From: Myxococcota bacterium
GTDB lineage: Bacteria; Myxococcota_A; UBA796; GCA-2862545
Reading direction: 5' to 3'
DNA: 64,000 nucleotides
Assembly (NCBI GenBank): GCA_039208735.1
Contig: JBCCQY010000026.1
Coordinates: 1 to 64,000, forward strand
The translations under genes were made by a program, and so were the position numbers. Position 1 is the first letter of the stretch. Every line of letters starts with the position of its first letter. Shown here piece after piece: positions 1-10,045 of the stretch. The notes under the pieces were generated by a model. The model was not told where the DNA came from and ran no database searches. It was given only the letters and a program-made list of their open reading frames with translations.

Positions 1-1
1 G

Positions 2-814
2 CGCGGGAACGGTGGCGGTTCTCTCATGGAGGCCATCGACGTCACCGGGCTGTTCATCACCACGGGGCCGGTGGTGCAGGTACGCATGCGTTCGGGTCGC
101 ATCGAGGCGCTCCACGACCGGCGCGCCCAGGTGTCGTGGGTCAAGGACATGGTGGTGCTCACCGACGGGACCAGTGCTTCCGCGTCCGAGATCGTGGCCG
201 GCGCCTTGCAGGATTACGGCCGAGCGATCGTGGTCGGTGCAGACCGGACGCACGGGAAGGGCACGGTTCAGCAGGTGCTCCAGCTGACCAATCGCCTGTC
301 GGGTCGCCACGCTGATGCGGTAGGCGGCGCCCTCAAGCTCACGATCCAGAAGTTCTACCGGGTGAGTGGCAGTTCTACGCAAAACCGGGGTGTGGTGAGC
401 GACATTGTGCTGCCTTCGCCGTGGGATGGTCTCGACATCTTCGAGTCCGACCTGCCCACCGCGCTGCCCTGGGACCGCATTCCTCCGGCCCCCTACGTTC
501 GCGTGGGCGACGATGGCGAGCTCATTCCGAAGCTCGCCAAGGCCAGTGCGAAGCGGGTCGAGCAGTCCGAGGACTTCCAGAAGCTCAACGAGGCCCTCGA
601 GGTTCGGGAAGAACTCAACGCCCAGACCACCTTGAGCCTGCACCTCACGACGCGCGAAAAAGAGCATAAGGCTCGCGAGGCCAAGCTCAAGGATGACGAC
701 GAGCCCAACAAGGAAGAAGGCGACGAGCTGGGACACTCCCCGGACCGGGCCGACGACTTCATGCTCGACGAGGCGATGGAGATTTTGTCGGACCTGTTGG
801 ACGAGCGTTCGTAG
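2..814 (+). CDS. prc: Carboxy-terminal processing protease (S41A, Prc/Tsp), 5'-truncated by window edge
   Basis: Frame open from nt 2 (RGNGGGSL), SASASEIVAGALQDYGRA catalytic Ser region, THGKGTVQ, LTIQKFYRVSGSSTQ..GV.SDI, long Prc-type C-terminal tail. Confidence 0.92.
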   Translation, partial: RGNGGGSLMEAIDVTGLFITTGPVVQVRMRSGRIEALHDRRAQVSWVKDMVVLTDGTSASASEIVAGALQDYGRAIVVGADRTHGKGTVQQVLQLTNRLSGRHADAVGGALKLTIQKFYRVSGSSTQNRGVVSDIVLPSPWDGLDIFESDLPTALPWDRIPPAPYVRVGDDGELIPKLAKASAKRVEQSEDFQKLNEALEVREELNAQTTLSLHLTTREKEHKAREAKLKDDDEPNKEEGDELGHSPDRADDFMLDEAMEILSDLLDERS

Positions 815-832
815 GTCCCGTGCGTTCGAAAA

Positions 833-885
833 CGGGCACCCCTCCCCGAATGGGGAGGCCTCCGCCGCCGACGGGGGAGTGCCCG
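833..885. other. GC-rich multi-stem palindrome after prc (possible terminator, RNA stability element or REP-like unit)
   Basis: cgggcac(833-839)/gtgcccg(879-885) outer stem enclosing the cctcccc-gaat-ggggagg hairpin (841-858) and a second weaker stem; no U-tract. Confidence 0.4.
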
Positions 886-1031
886 GTGCGGCTCACGTGA
901 CCATACGAAAGAACGTAGATGCCGGCTGCGCCAACGTCATCGCGGGCGTTGGATGTGTCACGAAATTATCGGTACGGTCACTGAGGGGTGGACGGACCAG
1001 GGGTTCGTGACCACGTGACCCCGGGGGCGAG

Positions 1032-1349
1032 ATGTCGGACCGTACCCGTCGCAAGAATGAAGAGAAGGAAGACGTCCTGACCCGGGAACGGGTCGAGGAA
1101 CCGAAGAAGTACAAGGTCCTCCTGCTCAATGATGACTACACGACGATGGAGTTCGTCGTCTGGGTGTTGGTGACGATCTTTCATCACTCCCAGGCGTCGG
1201 CCACCCGCATCATGCTGCACATTCACAACAATGGTGTAGGCGTGGCCGGCATCTACAGTCGCGAGGTCGCAGAGACCCGCGTAGCCCAAGTCCAACAGGC
1301 GGCTCGCGAAGCGGGTCACCCCCTCCAATGCAACATGGAGCCCGAGTAG
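1032..1349 (+). CDS. clpS: ATP-dependent Clp protease adaptor ClpS
   Basis: [38 protein letters not shown]; immediately upstream of clpA. Confidence 0.97.
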   Translation: MSDRTRRKNEEKEDVLTRERVEEPKKYKVLLLNDDYTTMEFVVWVLVTIFHHSQASATRIMLHIHNNGVGVAGIYSREVAETRVAQVQQAAREAGHPLQCNMEPE

Positions 1350-3650
1350 ATGTTCACTGACAATCTTCGCATGGCGATGGGGATGGCGATCGAGGACGCC
1401 AAGGAACGTCGCCACGAGTTCCTAACGCTGGAACACCTGCTCTATGGGCTGCTCCACGAGCCGCGGGCCTCCGAGATCTTGGAAGCCTGCGGGGCCGATT
1501 TGTCGCGGCTCGAGCAACAGCTCAAAGAGTATCTGGATGGCGTTGAGGGCATTGATATCGATGGGGACTACGAACCCATTCAGACACTGGGCTTTCGCCG
1601 AGTGATCAGCCGAGCGTTGATGCACGTCCAGTCCCAGAAGGGCGGCGAGGTGGATGGCGGCAACGTGCTGGTGGCGTTGTATGCAGAGCCCGAGTCCCAG
1701 GCGGTCCACCTGCTTAAGAAGCAGGGCGTCGAGCGCCTCGACGTGGTCTCCTTCATCAGCCACGGCATCCGTAAGAAGGGGTCGCGCAAGGACGTGGGCG
1801 CGCCCGCCGGAGCCGCCGATCCGGAAGACAGCAAGCGTTCGCCCAACGAGGCGCTCGCCGAGTTCTGTGTCGATCTCTACGAGCGTGCCGAGCAGGGCAA
1901 GATCGACCCTCTCATCGGCCGGGAGAGCGAGGTCCTGCGGGCGGTTCATGTGCTGGCACGTCGCCGTAAGAACAACCCGTTGTTCATCGGCGACTCGGGT
2001 GTCGGCAAGACGGCCATCGTCGAGGGCCTGGCCAAAGCCATCTACGAAGGTGACGTGCCCGAGTTGCTCAAGGGCGTGCGCATCTATGCGCTCGACATGG
2101 GTGCGTTGATGGCCGGCACCCGCTACCGCGGCGACTTTGAAGATCGGTTGAAGGGTGTGGTCCAGGCGCTCGAAGACAATGACAAGGCCATCCTCTTCAT
2201 CGACGAGATCCATGTCATCGTGGGCGCTGGGGCCACCGCCGGTGGGTCGATGGATGCGAGCAACCTCCTCAAACCGGCCCTTGCCGCAGGCACGCTGCGC
2301 TGCATCGGGTCGACGACCCATGAGGATTACCGCCAGTCCTTTGGCAAGGACAAGGCCTTGGCCCGTCGCTTCCAGACCATCGAGGTGGTCGAACCGTCGG
2401 TCGAAGATGCGATCGAGATTCTCAAGGGTCTGCATCCTCGCTACGAGGAGCACCACCAGCTCACCTACGACGAAGATAGTGTCGAAGCCTCGGCGAAGCT
2501 TGCCGCACGTCACATCAACGACCGTCAGCTGCCCGACAAGGCGATCGACGTGCTCGACGAAGTCGGCGCCGCGGTCCACCTTGCGGGTCGCGACGAGGTG
2601 GTGTTGCACGACGTCGAAGAGACGATCGCGCGCATTGCGCGGATTCCTCCGAAGCAGGTGACGACCGAAGACCGCGACAAGCTGAAGAACCTGGGGTCCG
2701 ACCTTCGCCAGGTGATCTTTGGCCAGGACAACGCCATCGAAGCGGTGGTTGCGGCCATCAAACTGTCGCGAGCGGGTATCGGCAGCCCTCGCAAGCCCGT
2801 TGGCTCCTTCCTCTTTGCGGGCCCCACAGGCGTCGGAAAGACGGAGCTTGCGCGTCAGCTGGCGTTGCACCTTGGCGTGGAGTTCCACAAATTCGACATG
2901 TCCGAGTACATGGAGAAGCACAGCGTAAGTCGCCTCATCGGGGCGCCTCCGGGCTACGTCGGCTTCGAACAGGGCGGCCTGCTCACGGACGCCGTACACA
3001 AGTCACCGCACTGTGTGGTGGTGCTCGACGAGATTGAGAAGGCCCACCCCGACATCTTCAACATCCTCCTTCAGGTGATGGATTCGGCCTCGCTGACCGA
3101 CAACAATGGCCGCAAGACCGACTTCCGCAACGCCATCATCATCCTCACGACGAACGCCGGCGCGCGGGAGCAGGCGCTGTCGAACGTGGGCTTCACGAAG
3201 CAGATGGGCGCATCGCGCGCCGACACCGTGCTCAAGAAGATCTTCCCGCCTGAGTTCCGCAACCGGCTTGATGCTCTGGTCGTCTTCGACAACCTGCCCG
3301 AAGAGGTCATCCTTCTCATTGTCGACAAGTTCCTGGTCGAACTCGAGCAGCAGCTTACGGAGCGGAACGTCACCCTTTCGGCGACCGATTCGGCTCGTCA
3401 GTTCTTCCTTCGCGAAGGCTACAAGCCCGAGTTTGGGGCCCGAGAGATGGGCCGAGTCATCCAGCAGCACGTCAAGAAGAACCTTGCCGACGAGATTCTC
3501 TTTGGCCAGCTTCGAAACGGTGGTCACGCCGAGGTCGATTACGTCAAGGGCGAGGTGGTCCTCAACATCACGCCGGCGCCTGAACCGGAGCCGGAAGATG
3601 ACGACAGCTCGGCGGATCCATCGTCCCGTGACACCGAAGACGTCGAATAG
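1350..3650 (+). CDS. clpA: ATP-dependent Clp protease ATP-binding subunit ClpA
   Basis: [13 protein letters not shown]-domain, two AAA+ modules ([16 protein letters not shown]), [12 protein letters not shown], no ClpB middle domain, abuts clpS. Confidence 0.97.
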   Translation: MFTDNLRMAMGMAIEDAKERRHEFLTLEHLLYGLLHEPRASEILEACGADLSRLEQQLKEYLDGVEGIDIDGDYEPIQTLGFRRVISRALMHVQSQKGGEVDGGNVLVALYAEPESQAVHLLKKQGVERLDVVSFISHGIRKKGSRKDVGAPAGAADPEDSKRSPNEALAEFCVDLYERAEQGKIDPLIGRESEVLRAVHVLARRRKNNPLFIGDSGVGKTAIVEGLAKAIYEGDVPELLKGVRIYALDMGALMAGTRYRGDFEDRLKGVVQALEDNDKAILFIDEIHVIVGAGATAGGSMDASNLLKPALAAGTLRCIGSTTHEDYRQSFGKDKALARRFQTIEVVEPSVEDAIEILKGLHPRYEEHHQLTYDEDSVEASAKLAARHINDRQLPDKAIDVLDEVGAAVHLAGRDEVVLHDVEETIARIARIPPKQVTTEDRDKLKNLGSDLRQVIFGQDNAIEAVVAAIKLSRAGIGSPRKPVGSFLFAGPTGVGKTELARQLALHLGVEFHKFDMSEYMEKHSVSRLIGAPPGYVGFEQGGLLTDAVHKSPHCVVVLDEIEKAHPDIFNILLQVMDSASLTDNNGRKTDFRNAIIILTTNAGAREQALSNVGFTKQMGASRADTVLKKIFPPEFRNRLDALVVFDNLPEEVILLIVDKFLVELEQQLTERNVTLSATDSARQFFLREGYKPEFGAREMGRVIQQHVKKNLADEILFGQLRNGGHAEVDYVKGEVVLNITPAPEPEPEDDDSSADPSSRDTEDVE

Positions 3651-3742
3651 CCTCGCGGTAACGGTCAGGGGCTGACCGGGGGCTTGCGAAGGGAGGATCG
3701 GGAGACCTAAAGAGAGGTCCCCCCTTCCTCCCCTCTTTCTTC

Positions 3743-4756
3743 ATGCTGCCACCGCTTCCTTCTTGGGCCGTTCTCGCGGCCTACCTGAGGCTTCGGACGT
3801 CCGTGGTTCGCCGGTCCGAAGTCGTATACCGCCAGCACGTACGGCTTCAGCGGCTGCTTGCGTACGTCAAGCCACGTTCGCCGTTTTGGCGTTCGGTCTT
3901 GGCCACGCGTGCGCCCGCCTTGGCCGAGCTGCCCATCCTCGACGCGGCCGATGAGGCGAAGGCGTTCGACGACCTCAATACGGTGGGGTTGCGGCGTCGC
4001 GACGTTGAAGCTGTGATTCGGGGTGTGGGCCCGCTGCGACGCGGCGATGTGCCCCTTGGGGCCTACGCGGTTCGTCCCAATCCCGGTGGCTTGCTCGTCA
4101 TCGATGTGCGGGAACGTGCGCTGCAGCTTGGGGCCCTCATGGCCCGCTTGCTGCCTTCGTCGCTTTTGGGCTCGGGCCAAGACCGCGTGGCGCTGCTCTC
4201 ACGGCCTCCCATCGCATTGCCTCGATTTGTGGAATGGGTCACGCCACAGCGACTGCGGTGCTTGGGCGTGCCCCAACGCGACCCCCTATCGGTCCAGCTG
4301 GCCCGCCTCCGAGAGCTGGCTCCTACCCTCATCGTAGGTGGGTCCCGCCGGTTGTTGCCGGTCGCCGAGCGGTGGGGCCACGAGGGGCCCAGACGACCCG
4401 TCCAGCGTGTCGTCTCACTCGCCGAAACGCTTTCCGTTGATCACGCGTCGGTGCTCGAAGCGGGATTTGGCATTCCCCACGTCGATCGACTCTATCGAGC
4501 TGACGAAGGCTTGTATGGACAAACGTGCGCGTACGGCCGGCTCCACCTCAACGAGGATTTGGTCATCGTCGAGCGGGCCTGGATCGATCGGAAGCAGGGC
4601 ACCTACCACCCCATCGTTACCGATCTCTTTCGCACCACACTGCCCCGGATCCGCGTTCGTCTCGCCGATGTGCTCACCGACTTGCCCGGTCCATGTCCCT
4701 GTGGTTCGCCCCTGCGCGCCGTGGCCCGCATCGATCGCATCGACGCGCAGGCTTAG
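3743..4756 (+). CDS. Degenerate adenylate-forming enzyme (PaaK/F390 synthetase-like)
   Basis: SPFW, ELPILD, FDDLNTVGL, LYRADEGLYGQTC..GRLHLNED, PIVTDLFRTTLPRIRVRLAD, CPCGSPL; the SSGTSG ATP loop is not seen. Confidence 0.7.
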   Translation: MLPPLPSWAVLAAYLRLRTSVVRRSEVVYRQHVRLQRLLAYVKPRSPFWRSVLATRAPALAELPILDAADEAKAFDDLNTVGLRRRDVEAVIRGVGPLRRGDVPLGAYAVRPNPGGLLVIDVRERALQLGALMARLLPSSLLGSGQDRVALLSRPPIALPRFVEWVTPQRLRCLGVPQRDPLSVQLARLRELAPTLIVGGSRRLLPVAERWGHEGPRRPVQRVVSLAETLSVDHASVLEAGFGIPHVDRLYRADEGLYGQTCAYGRLHLNEDLVIVERAWIDRKQGTYHPIVTDLFRTTLPRIRVRLADVLTDLPGPCPCGSPLRAVARIDRIDAQA

Positions 4757-5922
4757 TCCGACGCCAGGTGTTCGCCGGCCACCCTCGCCACTTGGTCGAG
4801 CCACTGGGCGCCAACTGCAAGCGCGTCCTCGTGGATGTCGAAGCCACCCGAATGCGCGGGAAAGTGCTCACGGCCGGGCACCTGCGTGCCATAGCGAATG
4901 TAGGCGCCGGGCACGTGATCGAGGTACCACGCGAAGTCTTCGCCCCCCATGTTTGAGGCCCGAAGGGGTTCGACCTGATCTTCACCCACCACGGCGACGG
5001 CGGCGCGGCGTGCGAGTTCCGTCGGCTCGGGGGCGTTGCGCAAGGGGGGCGTGCCCTCGATGATCTCCGTTTCGATCACCGCGCCGTGCAGCTGTCCCAT
5101 CGCGCTGGCCATGCGCTGCAGCGCGCTACACAAATGGTTGCGGATTGCTCGGTCGTGGGATCGAATCGTGCCCGACAGGGTTGCCGAGCCGGCGATGACG
5201 TTTGGCGCTGTGCCTGCTTCGAACTGGCCTACCGTGATCACCGAAGGGCTCGAAGGATCCACCTCCCGACTCACGATGGTCTGCAGGGCCGTCACGAGTT
5301 GCCCCCCCACGACGATGGCGTCGAGCGCTTCGTGAGGCCGGGCTCCATGGCCTTGGCGACCCTGGATGCGAATCGTGAAGGTGTCGGTGCTTGCGTTGAC
5401 CACACCATCGGTGACGACGAGAACGCCAGGAGGGTAGCCCCGATCGACATGCCCTCCGAAGATGAGGCCGACCCCTTCCAGGGCCCCCGCTTCAATCATG
5501 GCCAGGGCTCCCCGTCCCACCTCTTCGGCGGGTTGCCACAGCAAACGCACGGGCAAGGGCGGCGGCGTGGCCAGCAGGAGTTCTGCCGCACCGACCAACA
5601 TGCTCGAATGGCCATCGTGGCCACACGCATGCATCACTCCCGGGTTCTGGGAGGCAAAGGGCAATCCCGTTTCTTCTTGCACGGGCAGCGCGTCGGTATC
5701 GGCTCGTAAGGCCACGATGGGACCATCGGCGCGGCCTGGCAGATCGGCAACGATCCCTGTGCCAGCCACGCCGGTACGATGGCTCACCCCAAGCTCCGTA
5801 AGATGTGCGGCGATGCGCCCCATCGTTCGGTTTTCATCCCAGGAGAGTTCGGGATGTTGATGCAGATCGCGGCGTAACGCCACCATACGGGCGACAGTCG
5901 CGGAAGCGAGGTCGCGGATCAT
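4753..5922 (-). CDS. M20D family amidohydrolase
   Basis: RRDLHQHPELS, ALRADTDALP, MHACGHDGH, QPAEE, GHGARPH, MGGEDF. Confidence 0.95.
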   Translation of the reverse strand: MIRDLASATVARMVALRRDLHQHPELSWDENRTMGRIAAHLTELGVSHRTGVAGTGIVADLPGRADGPIVALRADTDALPVQEETGLPFASQNPGVMHACGHDGHSSMLVGAAELLLATPPPLPVRLLWQPAEEVGRGALAMIEAGALEGVGLIFGGHVDRGYPPGVLVVTDGVVNASTDTFTIRIQGRQGHGARPHEALDAIVVGGQLVTALQTIVSREVDPSSPSVITVGQFEAGTAPNVIAGSATLSGTIRSHDRAIRNHLCSALQRMASAMGQLHGAVIETEIIEGTPPLRNAPEPTELARRAAVAVVGEDQVEPLRASNMGGEDFAWYLDHVPGAYIRYGTQVPGREHFPAHSGGFDIHEDALAVGAQWLDQVARVAGEHLASD

Positions 5923-5974
5923 TGGCTCACCTCAAGAAACTACGCGTAAGCACGTACCCAGGGATGGAGGATTT

Positions 5975-6580
5975 GTGTGGTACTGGGCGCTCGTCGCAGG
6001 AGCTAGTCCGCCCGCAGAGGACGGGTTTGCGGTGGTGCGAACTACCGATGATTGCCGCATCGAATCGCGGAACCGTGACGCGCCCGGCGGAAGCGCGATG
6101 CGGGCGACCTGTGATTGGCCGGAGGTTGATCCACAGGTTCTCGGGGCGCTCATGGCCGATCTGGAACAGTACGAAGATCTGATTTTTGCCCTGGTCGAAT
6201 CCGAAATCACCGAGCGGGATGCGGACCGCGTGCTCGTCTACCAACGGCAATCGATCTTTGGCCTTTCGGACCGAGAAGTGCTGCTTTGGGCGAAGATCGA
6301 CCGCCTGCCGCCCCAGACGATCGTGTCGTGGACGACGGCGAGCGACCGTCCGTTGGCGCTGCGGCGCGGGGCGATTCGAACGCCACGAAACGAGGGATTT
6401 TGGAAGATTGAGCCAGGGGCGGAAGGCGGCACTCGGGTGGTTCATGAAATCGGCGTAGATGCTGGAGGGAGGGTCCCAGAGTGGATCGTGCGCCTTGTCC
6501 GAACGAGAGGATTCCTTCGCGTGATGAACGACATTCGCAAACGAGCTGCATCGGAATCGGTCACTGAAGCTGATCAGTGA
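5975..6580 (+). CDS. Secreted START/SRPBCC-domain protein
   Basis: Short signal-like N-terminus, SDREVLL, GFWKIEP..GGTRVVHE..VDAGGRVPEWIV; GGAGG RBS. Confidence 0.7.
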   Translation: MWYWALVAGASPPAEDGFAVVRTTDDCRIESRNRDAPGGSAMRATCDWPEVDPQVLGALMADLEQYEDLIFALVESEITERDADRVLVYQRQSIFGLSDREVLLWAKIDRLPPQTIVSWTTASDRPLALRRGAIRTPRNEGFWKIEPGAEGGTRVVHEIGVDAGGRVPEWIVRLVRTRGFLRVMNDIRKRAASESVTEADQ

Positions 6581-6602
6581 TTCGACCGATGGGCCAAGGC
6601 GT

Positions 6603-7904
6603 ATGTCCTGGCCCTTCTCGCCTCCCGAGCCCCAGTCGCTCCCACGTCGCTCCGAGAGCCTCGACGATCTCGTCGCCAAACGGGCCCATGTGGCGGTCGT
6701 GGTGCAGGGCGAACCCCTTGCCCTGCCAGCGCGCTTGGTTGAAGCAACGCCTCATGAGGTCATCCTCGAGCTGTTTCAGCGGCCCACGGAACCACTTCTC
6801 GTCCACATCACGGCTTGTGTGCACCACCTCGGTGCGGAGGGTGAGGTGGCGTTCCTGACCCGGGTCACCGACCAGGACGGGAGTCGACTCGTGGTTGAGC
6901 GACCGGTTCAACTCGCGGCCCTCGAACAGCGACGTGCGTTTCGCATTCCCTTGTCCGAGAGGCAGATTCCGATGTCGCTCGTCGTGGGTGGGAATCTGGT
7001 TCGCGGCTGGGCCGTGGACCTGTCGCCGTTTGGAGGCGCAATTCACTTTGAGGCGACCCCTGTGGTCGTGACCGTGGGTCAGCCCGCGTGCCTCGAGTTG
7101 TGCGGGCACAACGTCACGGTGGTGGTGAAGTGCCGTGTGGTGCGGCTCACCGCCGTGGGCTGTGCGGTTGCGTTCTCACCGGGCCCCGATGGACTACCCG
7201 ATGCGAGCCTTCGTTCACTCGTACTCGAGGCCGAGCAGGCCTGGCTCCAGTCTCGCGAAGGACGGCGGGGCGAGGGGCCGGCAGAGCATCGCCACGCTGA
7301 CGGTGCCAGTGGTCTTGAGACCTTGGTCTTGGTCCAACATCCGGCGATGGTCTTGTTTGCCGACGCGCCGGAGGCGTTGCCGGCTCGGTTCGAGGCCCTG
7401 GAGGCCGACCACATCGTGCTGCTGCTCTATCGTCGGCTCGAAGGGGCACGGTCGGCGAAGGTTTGGATTCGCACGTTAGCGCGAGGAACATCGGTTTCGT
7501 TGATCACCTCGGTCCGTGCAACGGGCTCGGGCGAAGATCCGTATCGGCTGATCGTCGAGCGGCCGGATCGGCCGGTGTCCTCGGAGTCGCGGCGGGCGTT
7601 TCGGGTCCCTGTGCAATCGTCGGAGCGCACCGTGCAGGTGGCGGGCCCCTCGGGGACCCAGCCCGGCTGGCTTACCGATCTGTCGCGGCTCGGCATGGGC
7701 CTCACCCTCACGGATGTCGAACGGGCGCCTGAGCTTGGTGACACGGTTCGGGTCACGGTTGAAGGCCTCGCCGTACGACCCGCGACCGTGGTTCATGTCG
7801 AAGGTTCCCACTTGGGGCTTTCGTTTGTCGGGGCGCCTGGTTCAGACTTCGAATCGCTGCTCGAGGAGCTCGAAGCCCGCTGGCGGGACGACGGATCCGA
7901 GTAA
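6603..7904 (+). CDS. Tandem YcgR-like (PilZN+PilZ)x2 c-di-GMP receptor
   Basis: Two RRAFR motifs each followed by DxSxxG (DLSPFGG, DLSRLG); internal duplication (ALPAR.., ERP.., SL..E.E..W). Confidence 0.8.
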   Translation: MSWPFSPPEPQSLPRRSESLDDLVAKRAHVAVVVQGEPLALPARLVEATPHEVILELFQRPTEPLLVHITACVHHLGAEGEVAFLTRVTDQDGSRLVVERPVQLAALEQRRAFRIPLSERQIPMSLVVGGNLVRGWAVDLSPFGGAIHFEATPVVVTVGQPACLELCGHNVTVVVKCRVVRLTAVGCAVAFSPGPDGLPDASLRSLVLEAEQAWLQSREGRRGEGPAEHRHADGASGLETLVLVQHPAMVLFADAPEALPARFEALEADHIVLLLYRRLEGARSAKVWIRTLARGTSVSLITSVRATGSGEDPYRLIVERPDRPVSSESRRAFRVPVQSSERTVQVAGPSGTQPGWLTDLSRLGMGLTLTDVERAPELGDTVRVTVEGLAVRPATVVHVEGSHLGLSFVGAPGSDFESLLEELEARWRDDGSE

Positions 7905-7946
7905 CCGAGGGTCGACGCGTTGAGCTGGCGACCGTATACCCGCCCC

Positions 7947-9950
7947 ATGGGTATGGGTGACACCGAAGGATCTGCGTTCGCCAAGGCATCCAAGGGACCA
8001 CACCAGGATCCAGGATGGCCGGAACTTCGATCAGGACCGTTTGGTACGGCGTTTCTTCCTGTGTGCCGAGGTGACCTCGAGGCACGCGGTTGGGATGAAC
8101 TCGACATCATCCTTGTGAGCGGGGATGCCTATGTGGATCATCCGGCGTTTGGACCGCCGCTCATCGCGCGTTTCCTCGAGGGACGGGGCTTTCGGGTGGG
8201 CATCATCGCCCAGCCCGATTGGAAGGATCCCGCTGCGTTTCAGGTGTTGGGCAGACCGCGTCTGTTCTTTGGTGTCGCGGCGGGCAACCTCGACTCGATG
8301 CTCAACCGCCTGACCGCACAGAAGAAAAATCGAAGCGAAGACCAATATTCGCCTGGCGGGCGCACGGGATTGCGGCCCGACCGGGCGACCATCGTCTACA
8401 CCAACAAGTGTCGCCAGGCTTACCCCGGGGTGCCCGTCGTCATTGGGGGCATTGAAGCCTCGTTGCGGCGGCTCGCCCATTACGACTATTGGTCTGACAA
8501 AGTCCGAAGGTCGATCCTGGTTGATAGCAAGGCCGACCTGCTGATCTTCGGGATGGGGGAGCGTCCGGTTTGGGAAGTGGCGCGCCGGCTGCGCGACGGG
8601 CAGGCGATCGATCAGGTTCGCAACGTGCGCGGGACCGCCTTCATCGCGGGTAAGGCAGATGCCGAGAAGTACCTCACCGACCCTGCGCGCTACACCACCG
8701 ACGACAAGGTGGTCGTCTTGCCCTCCTTTGAAGAGGTGCAACACGACAAGGTCGCTTATGCGAACATGGCCCGGCGTTTCCAGCTCGAGACGAACCCGGG
8801 AAATGCCCGTCGCATGGCTCAGCCACACGGAGACCGGGTGGTGGTCTTCAATCGGCCCTCGGAACCGCTCTCGGACGACGCCGGAGATGGCACTGAGCAC
8901 TCGATCGGGATGGATGAGCTGTACGACTTGCCGTTCACTCGGTTGCCACACCCCCAATACACCGAGCGGATCCCCGCCTACGAGACCGTAAAACACTCCG
9001 TTGTGCTCATGCGGGGGTGCTTTGGCGGCTGCACGTTCTGCTCCATCACCGAGCACGAGGGCCGGATCATTCAGAGTCGGAGCCAAGAAAGCGTGCTTCG
9101 CGAGCTTCGCCAGATCCGTCGGATGGATGACTTTCGAGGGACCATCACAGATCTTGGCGGTCCAACCGCCAACATGTACAAGATGCGGTGCAAGGACAAG
9201 GCGATTGAGTCCAAGTGCCGCAAGCTTTCGTGTGTGCACCCGACGGTCTGTGAAAACCTCGTGACCGATCATGGACCGGTGGTTGAGGTCATGAAGGCGG
9301 TGCGAGAAGAGCCAGGCATCAAGCACACCTTCATTGCGTCGGGGATTCGTACCGATCTGGCGATCCGCTCTCCGGAGTACATCGAAGAACTCGCCGCTCA
9401 CCACGTCGGAGGCCATCTTTCGGTTGCCCCTGAGCATGTGAGCGATCGGGTGTTGGATAAGATGAAGAAACCGGGCATTGCCCCCTTTGAGCGGTTTCGG
9501 CATCTCTTTCAGTGTGCAAGCGAACAGGCGGGCAAAGAGCAGTACGACATTCCGTACTTCATCTCGGGCCATCCTGGTTGTGGGCTGTCCGACATGGTCG
9601 AATTGGCCCAGTGGTTGAAGACCCACGGGTATCGGCCGCGCCAGGTGCAAGACTTCATCCCCACCCCCATGTCGATCGCATCCGCCATGTACTGGACGGG
9701 CCTCGATCCGCTCACCATGGAGCCTGTCGAAGTAGCGCGGGGCCTGCGCGAGAAGAAACTGCAAAAGGCGTTGTTGCTTTATTGGAACCGCGATCACTGG
9801 CCGTTGGCGCGTGAGGCCCTGCGGCAGGCCGGGCGTGAGGACCTCATCGGGCGTGGGCCGAACGCCTTGGTGCCTCCAGAGCCCCGACACGCCAAAGGGC
9901 GGAGCCGTCGGAACGCTCGCCCTCGCCGTCGAGGGCCGCGCCGCGACTGA
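7947..9950 (+). CDS. ygiQ: YgiQ family radical SAM protein (UPF0313)
   Basis: SGDAYVDHP, GNLDSM, GGIEASLRR.AHYDYW, RGCFGGCTFCSI (CxxxCxxC), DLGGPTANMY, QVQDFIPTPM. Confidence 0.93.
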   Translation: MGMGDTEGSAFAKASKGPHQDPGWPELRSGPFGTAFLPVCRGDLEARGWDELDIILVSGDAYVDHPAFGPPLIARFLEGRGFRVGIIAQPDWKDPAAFQVLGRPRLFFGVAAGNLDSMLNRLTAQKKNRSEDQYSPGGRTGLRPDRATIVYTNKCRQAYPGVPVVIGGIEASLRRLAHYDYWSDKVRRSILVDSKADLLIFGMGERPVWEVARRLRDGQAIDQVRNVRGTAFIAGKADAEKYLTDPARYTTDDKVVVLPSFEEVQHDKVAYANMARRFQLETNPGNARRMAQPHGDRVVVFNRPSEPLSDDAGDGTEHSIGMDELYDLPFTRLPHPQYTERIPAYETVKHSVVLMRGCFGGCTFCSITEHEGRIIQSRSQESVLRELRQIRRMDDFRGTITDLGGPTANMYKMRCKDKAIESKCRKLSCVHPTVCENLVTDHGPVVEVMKAVREEPGIKHTFIASGIRTDLAIRSPEYIEELAAHHVGGHLSVAPEHVSDRVLDKMKKPGIAPFERFRHLFQCASEQAGKEQYDIPYFISGHPGCGLSDMVELAQWLKTHGYRPRQVQDFIPTPMSIASAMYWTGLDPLTMEPVEVARGLREKKLQKALLLYWNRDHWPLAREALRQAGREDLIGRGPNALVPPEPRHAKGRSRRNARPRRRGPRRD

Positions 9951-10045
9951 CGATCGGGGGGTTACCGGGTACCCCTCTTCCCGTGCTGCTGCTCGACGTG
10001 TCGCTGGGCGGCTGAAGCCGGGATCTCCCTCGATTCGGAGGAACT

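Noticed and set aside
1422..2999. 525-aa minus-strand ORF, and similar long shadows (8031-9890, 22858-24693, 51252-52592, 60744-62300)
   Set aside because: They overlap well-supported genes on the opposite strand or in another frame; expected in high-GC DNA and show no motifs
1032..3650. clpS-clpA as a novel system
   Set aside because: Canonical, well-described operon
3680..3742. Purine-rich then pyrimidine-rich tract after clpA as an intrinsic terminator
   Set aside because: Stem is imperfect and there is no clear U-tract; not supportable
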